Under the pieces are notes generated by a model. That model was not told the DNA's origin. It saw only the letters and a program-made list of their open reading frames with translations, and did no database searches. The translations under genes were made by a program, and so were the position numbers. 64,000 bases of DNA from an uncultured Chloroflexia bacterium. Its GTDB lineage: Bacteria > Chloroflexota > Limnocylindria > Limnocylindrales > CSP1-4. Below are positions 20,263 through 33,314 of the stretch, one piece after another. The stretch's first letter is position 1. Each line of letters opens with the position of its first letter. The stretch lies in the NCBI GenBank assembly GCA_963768655.1, contig CAVYIM010000003.1:851002-915001 (forward strand), in the 5' to 3' direction.

Positions 20263-21345
20263 CTAGTGTCCCGATTCGCCGGTCGCTAGCGGCTTCCGCA
20301 CTGCCTTGGCCAGAATCTGGTCGGCCGTCTTGACCCAGAGAAAGGGCGTTGCACCCTCGTTCCATTGCGCCGTGAAGCCGTTGATCATCGCGACGAGTTC
20401 CTTGACCGAGCGAAAGCTGCCACGGCGGATGGCCTGACGGCTCAGGATGCCGAACCAGGTCTCGATCTGGTTCATCCAGGACGCGCTGGTCGGGGTGAAA
20501 TGGAAGCTCACCCGCGGATGAGCCTCGAGCCACTTTCCGACGTCTGGCGTCTTGTGTGAGCTGACGTTGTCGAGCACGACTGCGAGGTCTTTCTCGGGAT
20601 AGGCTCGCTCAACCTGCGCCAGGAAGGCCAGGAAGTCGGCGCCGGTGTGGTGGGTGCGGGTCTGCGTGGTGACCTTGCCGGTGGCGACTTCCAGAGCGGC
20701 AAAGAGGTGGGTGGTGCCGTTCCGTTTGTAGTCGTGGGTGTGGCGCTCGACCTGGCCGGGCTTCATGGGCAGCATCGGGGCCGTTCGATCGAGAGCCTGG
20801 ATCTGGGTCTTCTCGTCAACGGACAGCACGATAGCCCGCTCGGGCGGAGCGAGATAGAGCCCCACGACATCGCGGACCTTGGCCACAAGATCGGGATCGG
20901 TACTGAACTTGAACGTCTCGACCCGATGCGGCTTGAGACCAGCCTCGCGCCAGATGCGCTGGATGGTCGTGACACTGATGCCTGTCCGGGCAGCCATCGC
21001 TCGCGAACTCCAGTGGCTGGTCCCGAACGGCGGCGGCTCCAAGGTGAAGGCGATGACCCGGTCCCTAGCGGCCCGGTCGTAGGTTGGCACTCGGCCGGGC
21101 CGAGGCGCATCAGCCAGGCCGGCCATGCGGTCGGCCTCGAAACGAGTACGCCAGTCGCGCACCGTCAAGGGGGTGACCCCGATCTCGGCCGCAATCCGCT
21201 CGTTCGCCGTGCCGGCCGCTGCCGCAAGCACGATCCGGGCCCGCATCGCGAGTCGCTGCTCGGTCGTTCCCGCTCGTATCAGGGCCAGTAGGGATGCTCG
21301 TTCAGACTCGCTGATTACCAACGGCGGAGCTGGATGGTTCGGCAT
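20263..21345 (-). CDS. IS630 family DDE transposase
   Basis: HTH N-terminus, SVDEKTQIQAL, YKRNGT, VLDNVSSHK, SWMNQIETWF. Confidence 0.95.
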   Translation of the reverse strand: MPNHPAPPLVISESERASLLALIRAGTTEQRLAMRARIVLAAAAGTANERIAAEIGVTPLTVRDWRTRFEADRMAGLADAPRPGRVPTYDRAARDRVIAFTLEPPPFGTSHWSSRAMAARTGISVTTIQRIWREAGLKPHRVETFKFSTDPDLVAKVRDVVGLYLAPPERAIVLSVDEKTQIQALDRTAPMLPMKPGQVERHTHDYKRNGTTHLFAALEVATGKVTTQTRTHHTGADFLAFLAQVERAYPEKDLAVVLDNVSSHKTPDVGKWLEAHPRVSFHFTPTSASWMNQIETWFGILSRQAIRRGSFRSVKELVAMINGFTAQWNEGATPFLWVKTADQILAKAVRKPLATGESGH

Positions 21346-21395
21346 AGCCAAATCGTAGCTGCAAACCAGTTACCCTGCAGCGGCTCGGGACACTA
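20264..21395 (-). mobile_element. Complete IS630-family insertion sequence with TA target duplication
   Basis: Ends TA-GTGTCCCGA... and ...TCGGGACAC-TA are inverted repeats; single transposase inside. Confidence 0.9.
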
Positions 21396-21911
21396 GCTCG
21401 GTTTGGCGGGGTTCGTCCGGGCCAGGAGCCACGGAACGGCCAGCGAGGCCAGCCCGCCCAGGGCTCCCAGCACCAGCAGCGCCGCCCGAACGGTGGCGGT
21501 GGGCTCGAGCTTGATCAGATTGTCGAAGCTGACCTGGCCGGGACCGGCCACGCCGACCGCCACGGCGCCGATGGCCAGTACGAGCGGGAATTCGAACCCG
21601 CTCTTCCCGCTGAAGAAGCCGTGAACCCAGTGGACCTTGAAGATGATCACGACTGAGAGGCCGACCAGCGCCGCGACCGCCGCGGGGGTCAAGATGCCGG
21701 CGGCGAGCATGAGGCCGCCCACCAGCTCGGCCAGAATGGACACACCGGAGAACAGCGCGACCGGGCGGAAGCCCATCCTGGCAATCGCGCCCTGCCAGCC
21801 CTTCAGGCCCGTCCCGCCCCACCAGCCGAACGCCTTCTGCGCTCCGTGCGCCGCGAAGGTGACGCCCACGCCGAGACGGATCAGCAGCATTGCCAGATCG
21901 AACGAGTGCAC
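21393..21911 (-). CDS. DoxX family membrane protein
   Basis: RLGVG.TFAAHGAQKAFGW, AELVGG, VHWVHGFF...GFEFPL, GPG; GGAGG RBS. Confidence 0.9.
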   Translation of the reverse strand: MHSFDLAMLLIRLGVGVTFAAHGAQKAFGWWGGTGLKGWQGAIARMGFRPVALFSGVSILAELVGGLMLAAGILTPAAVAALVGLSVVIIFKVHWVHGFFSGKSGFEFPLVLAIGAVAVGVAGPGQVSFDNLIKLEPTATVRAALLVLGALGGLASLAVPWLLARTNPAKPS

Positions 21912-22189
21912 CGGAGCCTCCTCCCATGGTCCGCTGCGGGAAGACCGGCGCGAAGCTCCGGGCCTGCCTCCCCGAGCCGCATGGGCCGAATGAGCCGAAT
22001 GAGCCGAACTGCCCACGACCGTACGCCCGTCCGATCGGGCCGGCAATAGGCACGCTGCCATGTGGGCGTCGGCTGCGCCCTGCGCGGGAGCCGCTGCTTG
22101 ACAACCACACGGCGCGTGTCGATCATGGGTCTTGATCGAACGATCATGACGAATGATCATATGATCACAACGCATGGTCAGGAGGCCGA

Positions 22190-22741
22190 GTGTCTACGCC
22201 GCTTCTCTCCCGGGCCGTCGAGAGCGTGTGGCAGATCCTTGCGCTCAGCCCCGAGCGACCGTTCTTCCAGCGCGAACTCGCCCGATTGACCGGCGAACCT
22301 TACAACGGCGTCGTCCAGGCGCTGCGCCGGCTGGTCCGCGACGGGCTCGTGACGACCGGCGTGGTCGGCGGCAAGCCGGCGTTCTATGCGAACCGCGAGA
22401 GCCCGTACTTCGACGAGTTCCAACGCATCGCCATCAAGAGCCTGGGCATCCCCAGCGCGCTGGACGCCGGCGGAGTCGTCGCGGTCAAGGTCGCCGTGTT
22501 CGGATCGTTTGCGAAGGGTGTCGCCGGACCGCAGTCGGACCTCGACGTCTTCGTCGTCGGCAGCGAGCCTTCGCCCGGCGCCGCGTCCACAGCCATGGCC
22601 GGGATAAGCCGCAAGTTAGGCCGCCCTGTCAATGTGGTCGTCTATAACCATGCCCGATATCAGCAGGAGCGCGAGGACGCCGCTACCTTCGTGTCGGCCA
22701 TCGTGGGCGCGCCGATCGTGAACCTCCGCGGAACGCTTTGA
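22190..22741 (+). CDS. HTH plus minimal nucleotidyltransferase (MNT) antitoxin-like protein
   Basis: N-terminal RELARLTG HTH; VFGSFAKG...SDLDVFV pol-beta motif. Confidence 0.85.
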   Translation: MSTPLLSRAVESVWQILALSPERPFFQRELARLTGEPYNGVVQALRRLVRDGLVTTGVVGGKPAFYANRESPYFDEFQRIAIKSLGIPSALDAGGVVAVKVAVFGSFAKGVAGPQSDLDVFVVGSEPSPGAASTAMAGISRKLGRPVNVVVYNHARYQQEREDAATFVSAIVGAPIVNLRGTL

Positions 22742-23264
22742 TGCGATCGTTCGTGTCGATTGCGGCGCTGCTCGACCACGACGTTCGGCCGGCGTTCGAA
22801 CCTTCGATAGTCAACCGCAACGAAGCCGGCAGGAAAGCCGGCGAGATGAACAAGCATCTCGCCGAAGCCGAAAGCCTCGCCAGCTTCGGCTTTCGTGAGG
22901 ACGCCCAGACCAGGTACGAAGCGGCGACAATCGCCGCTGCCGACGTGCTCCTGGCGCTGTCGGGTGCCTGTCTCGTCAACAGTCACCGCGGTCGCGCGCA
23001 CGAGGTGAAGAAGCACTTCCTGGTGGCCGCGCTGAATGCCGAGGGAAGCCGGCGCCCTCGCTCGAGCAGGTCCTCGCGATAACGCACATGCGCCATCTCG
23101 TCGAGTACGGCGCCTCGGTAATCGCGGAGCACCTGACGCCGCAGGCTGCTGACGAGGCACGGCCGGTCGCGAGCATCGCGCGCCGGTCAACGCTCGAGAT
23201 TCTCGACGAGGCCGGGATCGTTGTGCCGCAGCTCCCGCTTCAGGAGCCGCACGCGCCCAGATAG
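22738..23264 (+). CDS. HEPN-like protein, frameshift near 23048
   Basis: YEAATIAAADVLLALSG...H motif; the alternative frame continues ...ITHMRHLVEYG (R-x4-Y) to TAG at 23262-23264; overlaps the MNT stop. Confidence 0.65.
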
Positions 23265-23304
23265 CTAACTCAGGGTCTGTGAATGAAATCGGTATGATCG
23301 GCGG

Positions 23305-23664
23305 GTGGACAAGCCGACCTTGCCGTGGATGTACTACGTCTCGACCGCGTTGACCGAGAAGTCGCTCGATCAGCTACAGGCGGTGTTTGCTCGATACGTC
23401 GAGGTGCATGCCTCGGGACGCCCAGACGACTGGCGCGATGTGATGATCGGTCTGGTTCCATTCATAGATTGCGCCCGACGCCTGGGCGGCGATCCGGAGA
23501 AGGTCCTGGGGCCGATCGCGGAGTCCGGAGCGGCTGAGTTCCGAGAGACATTCCGTGCGATCGTCCGGCGATCCGACATCACGCTGGCCGCGTTCGGGTG
23601 GTCTCTGACCGAGTTTCCGGAGGGGATGGCCTATCTACATGTTCGGCCAGATCGTAAGGCCTAA
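23305..23664 (+). CDS. Hypothetical protein
   Basis: Leaderless-type start (TATGAT 6 nt upstream); no family recognised. Confidence 0.5.
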   Translation: MDKPTLPWMYYVSTALTEKSLDQLQAVFARYVEVHASGRPDDWRDVMIGLVPFIDCARRLGGDPEKVLGPIAESGAAEFRETFRAIVRRSDITLAAFGWSLTEFPEGMAYLHVRPDRKA

Positions 23665-23950
23665 TCGGTTCGGCTCGACTCGCATCCAGGCGAAGAAGCA
23701 GGCGACTGCGGCGACTTCGAGCCAGGCTCGGGCGCTCGCTCCGGTTCCTTCGTAGTTCCCTGAAAGACCGCGCTTGAGGTCGCCGAGCGCGGCAGTGCCT
23801 TGCGGACACCGATTTCATTCAGAGGTTCTCAGTCCCGCGGCCGCAACCGGGGGAGATTCGTACCGGTCGCGTAGGGTTTGACGGCGAGTAGACTGAGCGG
23901 GCGTCTCGAGAGCGCTCCGGGGAGGAGCGCCTGCACGGGGTAGGGATCGG

Positions 23951-24786
23951 ATGGGGGAGCTCGCGATCCAGAGCGAAGGCACGACGCCGCTCAGTGAGGC
24001 GGCGCCCGTCGCATCGCGGCGCGACCGGTTCAACGGCTGGTTCGTCACGCACGAGGTGGCGTGGGAGCTGGCCATGGCGGCGCTGGCCGTCGTGTACGTC
24101 GCGCTCGGGTTCGCGGTCGACGACCTCTCGGCGGGCGAGCGTCCGGAGATCGGGGCGGCCGAGTGGGCGCTGACCGGCATCTTCGTCCTCGAATTCGGCA
24201 GTCGAATCCTGGCGGCTCGGAGCCGGACGGCCTACCTGCGCGGCCCTGGATCGACGTCATCGCCCTGGCGCCACCGATCCGAGGCGCGCTGGTGCTTCGC
24301 CTCCTGCGGCTGCTTCGACTGGTTCGGTCGTTCGCCGGCCTCTATCGGGCGGGCCTCCACATCCAGGGCCTGGCTCGACACAAGGGCTTCGCCTGGCTGC
24401 TGACCGCCTGGCTCGGCGTCATGGCCCTCTGCTCGGCCTGGATGCACATCGCCGAGAAGGGCGTCAACAGCGCGATCCAGAACCCCTTCGACGCGCTCTG
24501 GTGTGGCGTCGTCACCCTGACCACCGTCGGTTACGGCGACGTCTACCCCGTCACCACCGAGGGCCGCCTCGTCGCCATGGCGCTGATGCTCCTCGGCATC
24601 GGGCTCTTCGGCGCCATCACCGCCACGATCGCGAGCTACTTGATGAGCAGCGACAGCCACCACGACCCGGACCACTCTCCGGCGGGCGATCTGGAACGGC
24701 TAGCGGCGCTGCACGAGCAAGGGGCGTTGACACAGGACGAGTTCGCAGAGGCTAAGTTGTGGGCGCTCAAGGCGACGGCCCGCTAG
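23951..24786 (+). CDS. Potassium channel (ion transporter) with C-terminal SHOCT, one frameshift near 24245
   Basis: S4-like LRLLRLLRLVR, TLTTVGYGD filter, LERLAALHEQGALTQDEF SHOCT. Confidence 0.85.
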
Positions 24787-25016
24787 AAAGGAGCGAGGCA
24801 GGGAATGGCAATGAGTTGTCTTGGCGACCCCGCGGCGCCGCATTGCCGACTAGGCCAGCGAGACAAACGCCACTTGGCGTCCCGGAGCGTGGTGCCTGAA
24901 GGAAGTAATGCGTCGACTTCGGCGTCTCGCGGAGCTGTCCCGCAGACCCTGAGCGATATCACGGCCACGCACGAGCTAACACACGGCAGTGTCGGACTTA
25001 GTCAGGTGCGATCTCG

Positions 25017-25841
25017 CTAAGGCGTGTTGGCGGAAATGAGCACTTCATTGACGTAGCGACGGTGACTCGAGTCTGCCGCAACCGACGATCGCCGGGTAAT
25101 CATCTCCGTAGCAAATCCTTCGTAGAGCGCCAGGAGCGATGGGTGATTCGCATTTGAGACGAGGACGGAACACCCAGCCTCAGCAAGCCGTCTTGCGACG
25201 CGAGCCAGTCTCTTCTGATCGTCGAACGAGTAGATGCGTTCGTTGTAACGAAGGAACCCATTCTGGTCATGCGCTACTGTATAGGGAGGGTCGAAGTAGA
25301 CGAAATCACCGGCTGACGCAGTTTCAACTGCTACTTCAAAATCACAGGCCATGAGTTGGGTGCTCTGAAGGGCGTCGCTCAGCGCCCACAGATGGCTGCG
25401 ATCACTGAAAGAGTACACCCGGTGGCCGTATGGAGTGTTGAATTGTCCCTGTCGGTTGACTCTGTATATCCCATTGAACGCGAGTGTAGTCAAGTAGATG
25501 AAACGGGCCGCCTTCTCAATGGCGTCGCCAGGGAAGGACTTTCGAACTACATAGTACCCGGCCTCGTCGGTCGGCAAGCGTTCGAGACATTCCTGAAGTG
25601 AAGCCCGGCGGTCTCGGAGTACTGCATAGAAATTCATCAAATCAACGTTGTGATCGGACAGGACAGCGGACCGCGGACAGAGATGAAAGAAGAGGGCCGC
25701 GCCACCGGCAAACGGCTCGAAATACCGGTGGAAGTTCGGCGGCACGTGTCGATCGATTGATGGGATGACGCTACGTTTGCCACCTGGCCACCTGAATGGA
25801 GGGGCGATTGCGAAACCAGATGGCGTGTCTAGTCGAATCAC
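25017..25841 (-). CDS. Dam-family (D12 class) N6-adenine DNA methyltransferase
   Basis: PPFRWPGGKR, YFEPFAGGAA, FNGIYRVN..G.FNTPYG, FVYFDPPY, LVSN; GTG start overlaps upstream TGA (GTGA). Confidence 0.92.
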   Translation of the reverse strand: MIRLDTPSGFAIAPPFRWPGGKRSVIPSIDRHVPPNFHRYFEPFAGGAALFFHLCPRSAVLSDHNVDLMNFYAVLRDRRASLQECLERLPTDEAGYYVVRKSFPGDAIEKAARFIYLTTLAFNGIYRVNRQGQFNTPYGHRVYSFSDRSHLWALSDALQSTQLMACDFEVAVETASAGDFVYFDPPYTVAHDQNGFLRYNERIYSFDDQKRLARVARRLAEAGCSVLVSNANHPSLLALYEGFATEMITRRSSVAADSSHRRYVNEVLISANTP

Positions 25842-27163
25842 AAACCCAGACCCCAGACGGCGACCCGCTCTAGCCCCGCCAGAGAGTGTAGATCGGTTGC
25901 TACATCGTGATTCAGCTGTCTGTATGTTCCCGGGTTCGCGGACGCTCGCCACTTCGACAGGGCGGCCAACGAGGCCTCTGAGTCCGTCCAGAGATCAAGG
26001 GCACTTGCTGGGCGCTCAGCACCTTCGTACAACCCGCGGTCTCTCAGCACAGGCAGCCACCAAAACTCGAACGAAGGTACCGGGATTGGTGACGACCTCC
26101 GGAGCTCCAAGGCGAGTCCCGTTGCTAGCCGGAGCAGGAGCAAAGCGCGCGCGATGACGCCGAAATGCACTGACATGGAGGCGCTGGAGGCGATGGTTAT
26201 AACCGGGAGGTCAGCAGCATCCTGATGACGAAGGAGGAAGTCACGCCATGACGGAATGGCGGGAGGCGGCCCGACGCGAGCAAGTATGGTGTCGACCGTG
26301 TTGATGAAATCTGCCTGGGTTCCTGTCTGGCTGGTTTGATCAAAGGAATCCTTGATAGCGATCCGAAGAAGATGCCGATCTAGCTGGTCGAATGGTGAGT
26401 ACGACGACGGCCTCAGGGCTGTCCATAGGTCAAGCAGGAACGCTGCTGTCGCGTCAGCCGTCGGGGCGGGCGACTCCAAACCGTCAGGCCGGTAGCTTGC
26501 TGCATTGCGGAGGTCGCGATCCGCCGCGTAGCGACGAAGATCGGCACCCCACAGACTGAACCATCGACTTCCGATCCTTCGCCAGGGCCAGCCCCCAAAT
26601 CCGGCCGCCATCCAGTTCGAGAGCGTGATGCCACCTGGCGCGATAATTCGGCCTACGATGTCTCCTGACCGCATTCTTGCCCCCCAATGCTCGAGCGCAA
26701 GCCAGGCCATCTCGTGCGTCCCGCGGGTCTTGGGCGAGATCAGTTTGCTCGCTGCGGCATTGTGTGAGAACACGAAGTGATCTCCGTTCAAAACCGCAAT
26801 TCCCTGCGTGGCAAGAATACAAAGTGCTGCGTGCAATGAGGCGTAGTAAGCGAGATGGACCGAATGGTTTGAATCGCCTCGGCAGGCAGCCTGAATGGAA
26901 GTCCCAAGGTAGCCCCAGCCATCGCCGACGTGACGGAGAGTCGACGCGGCAGCGTACTGGAGAAGAGACCCAGAGTCCACCTGCGGGTTGGCGCCGCGTG
27001 CGTCGTCGTGGATTCTCGCTATGTGCCGGCCCGCATAGCGATTGGATCCTGGAAGCCATCGTCCGCGACGGAGACTCGGCTGGAGCAGGGAGAACGTCGA
27101 TTGGATCGTTTCATCAGAAGCACGCCGGAGCATGCGTTTCTCGTTGCTGTCGAGTGGCTTCAC
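25838..27163 (-). CDS. Uncharacterised 441-aa protein with HEPN-like signature
   Basis: HLAYYASLHAALCILATQG...GTH...DRDLRNAASY resembles HEPN (UPF0332-type) motifs; AGGA RBS. Confidence 0.6.
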   Translation of the reverse strand: MKPLDSNEKRMLRRASDETIQSTFSLLQPSLRRGRWLPGSNRYAGRHIARIHDDARGANPQVDSGSLLQYAAASTLRHVGDGWGYLGTSIQAACRGDSNHSVHLAYYASLHAALCILATQGIAVLNGDHFVFSHNAAASKLISPKTRGTHEMAWLALEHWGARMRSGDIVGRIIAPGGITLSNWMAAGFGGWPWRRIGSRWFSLWGADLRRYAADRDLRNAASYRPDGLESPAPTADATAAFLLDLWTALRPSSYSPFDQLDRHLLRIAIKDSFDQTSQTGTQADFINTVDTILARVGPPPAIPSWRDFLLRHQDAADLPVITIASSASMSVHFGVIARALLLLRLATGLALELRRSSPIPVPSFEFWWLPVLRDRGLYEGAERPASALDLWTDSEASLAALSKWRASANPGTYRQLNHDVATDLHSLAGLERVAVWGLGL

Positions 27164-27178
27164 GCGTTCCTGCCCGTC

Positions 27179-28678
27179 CTATCGGAGGCCCAGCGCTGAA
27201 ACCACCTGTTCCGAAAGCAGCGCTATTTCCTGATCCGGCGAGCTAGTCATGTGCCTCATCACAATTCGACGAAGCAGAGGGTACCCACCATTTCCTCGGT
27301 ACGCCATCCTGAGCTGCTGGTCTTCTTCCGATAGGCCAGGCGCGGCCGAGGACCGCCAGTCGAACGCCGCAAGGTGTGCGGAGACGCGCTCCAGGAACCC
27401 CGCGAAAGGCTGTAGCCTCGCCTCTCGAATTGCGTCCGTTACGTCCTTGGTATCAACTAGATCAGAGGCGCGGTCGAGCTCCCAGCCAAACAGATTGAGA
27501 CGATGGGCGGCTAGGTAGGTGAGATCGTTGTAGACCTGAAGGATCACGCGAACGCCTTGGTCGGAACTGGTGAGGCTGTTGTTCGTGAAGATGGCCCCGG
27601 TTCCACGACCATCGAGCTGCCGAACCCATTCGAGGTTCCGCGACGCTACCGAGCGCGCAAACATCTCCCAGGCTAGGATCAGAAAAGCTGCTTGCTGAGC
27701 GCGAGACCAAGGGAGGGCAAGGCGGTCTGATCCTACCGGCGCTCCGTACAGTCCGCCTACAAGCTTCCCTCTTCCTTCCCAGTTGCGAATGAAGGATGAA
27801 AGCAAGGAACGGATCCACGAAGCCTGTGTCACGCCAGGTTTGGATGGCTCACCAAGCATATTGATTCGGTTCTTCCAGATGCTGGCCGGGTGCGTCCACA
27901 GGATCTCGGTCATCTCCTGTGCTCGAGTTTCGCGATATATGCCAGCCCCTTCGAACCGATCAAGCCAATCCTCCGTCCGGAGGAGCGGGTAGAGGTCGAA
28001 GGCAAGACTCCGGTTGATACGCTTCGGCTTTATGTTGATCGTGTAGAAGAGATACGCCTGCCAACTGATATCGAGCCCTCGGAAAGCGACGACCGGGAGT
28101 TGATAGGTTTCGGGGAGCCCTCGCTCGTCGAATGCCCACAGGCGGTGCTGCCCATCTATGATTTCCAGTGGTGGTACCTCGGCGGGTCTCCAACGGGGGT
28201 CCGCGGATCCGGGCGGGAGTTCGACCTCGGCTGTCCCCCTGTCGTCGTCCGTAACCTTGATGACCTCGGACGGCGCGACTCGCCGACCGCCGCGTTTGTC
28301 GACCGACAGGAGCATGTTGACAACCACCGCGGTCGGGAGCCAACCGGGTTTCTTCAGGTCGTGGAACTCATCGGAGGCTCGGCGGCGCGGTGGAAGGTTG
28401 GACCATGGGAAGCCAAGCTTCACGTAGTCGGCTATCTCACTAGACCGCTCTACATCGTGACGTCGCTGGATCCCAAGAGAGTCGACGCGGGCTCCGTCCG
28501 TGACTTCCCGGCGGTAGACGCCTGTTAACCTGCGTATCAGGCCAACCTCGAGTGACAGGAGATAGAACTCAGGGGCCGGCTTCCTCCGGTGATCACGCTC
28601 GGCAAAGTCGACGTCATTCCATCCCCGCAGCCATTGACGCACTCGCAGCGCGGGAACCTTGACTGGCTCGGGCGGCAT
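27179..28678 (-). CDS. DGQHR domain protein (DndB/ParB-Srx superfamily)
   Basis: GIQR, LPTAVVVN, IIDGQHRL and FYTINIKPK motifs, plus a C-terminal extension of about 270 aa. Confidence 0.9.
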   Translation of the reverse strand: MPPEPVKVPALRVRQWLRGWNDVDFAERDHRRKPAPEFYLLSLEVGLIRRLTGVYRREVTDGARVDSLGIQRRHDVERSSEIADYVKLGFPWSNLPPRRRASDEFHDLKKPGWLPTAVVVNMLLSVDKRGGRRVAPSEVIKVTDDDRGTAEVELPPGSADPRWRPAEVPPLEIIDGQHRLWAFDERGLPETYQLPVVAFRGLDISWQAYLFYTINIKPKRINRSLAFDLYPLLRTEDWLDRFEGAGIYRETRAQEMTEILWTHPASIWKNRINMLGEPSKPGVTQASWIRSLLSSFIRNWEGRGKLVGGLYGAPVGSDRLALPWSRAQQAAFLILAWEMFARSVASRNLEWVRQLDGRGTGAIFTNNSLTSSDQGVRVILQVYNDLTYLAAHRLNLFGWELDRASDLVDTKDVTDAIREARLQPFAGFLERVSAHLAAFDWRSSAAPGLSEEDQQLRMAYRGNGGYPLLRRIVMRHMTSSPDQEIALLSEQVVSALGLR

Positions 28679-28796
28679 GTCCCCCAACTCCTGACGTGCT
28701 GGTACGAGCGGCTCGCTCCTCGGAGATCATACGTCGGCCAAGACACTCGGAACCAGCGTAGGCCTCACGTCATACGAACTCGGAGCCAGTGTTCTG

Positions 28797-33185
<4,389 letters not shown>

Positions 33186-33249
33186 CTCGTGCACCTCTAC
33201 CTGGTTCTCTGTCTCGCGGTCGGGACGCTGGTTCATCGGTGGGCCTGGG

Positions 33250-33314
33250 GTTGTTGCGTGGCGTTGTTGCGTGGCGTGGTTGCGTGGCGTTGTTGCGTGG
33301 CGTTGTTGCGCGGC
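33250..33314. repeat. Tandem repeat, 5 x 13 bp (GTTGTTGCGTGGC)
   Basis: Directly visible, two copies with one mismatch. Confidence 0.85.

Noticed and set aside
21983-22010. Short 10-bp triple repeat (GAGCCGAAT-like) and the CGCCGCCGCTTCGCCC triple repeat at about 36770-36830
   Set aside because: Too short and simple to support a function; likely slippage products
23665-23950. Possible ncRNA or riboswitch upstream of the potassium channel (CTCAGTC...GACTGAG stem)
   Set aside because: No match to the c-di-AMP or other riboswitch consensus that I can verify by eye
25017-27163. Ordinary type II restriction-modification pair
   Set aside because: The gene next to the MTase shows HEPN-like motifs and no recognisable PD-(D/E)XK or HNH motif; a highly divergent REase cannot be fully excluded
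27179-28678. Canonical Dnd phosphorothioation system
   Set aside because: Only a DndB-like gene is present; no dndA/C/D/E, ssp or pbe genes in the window
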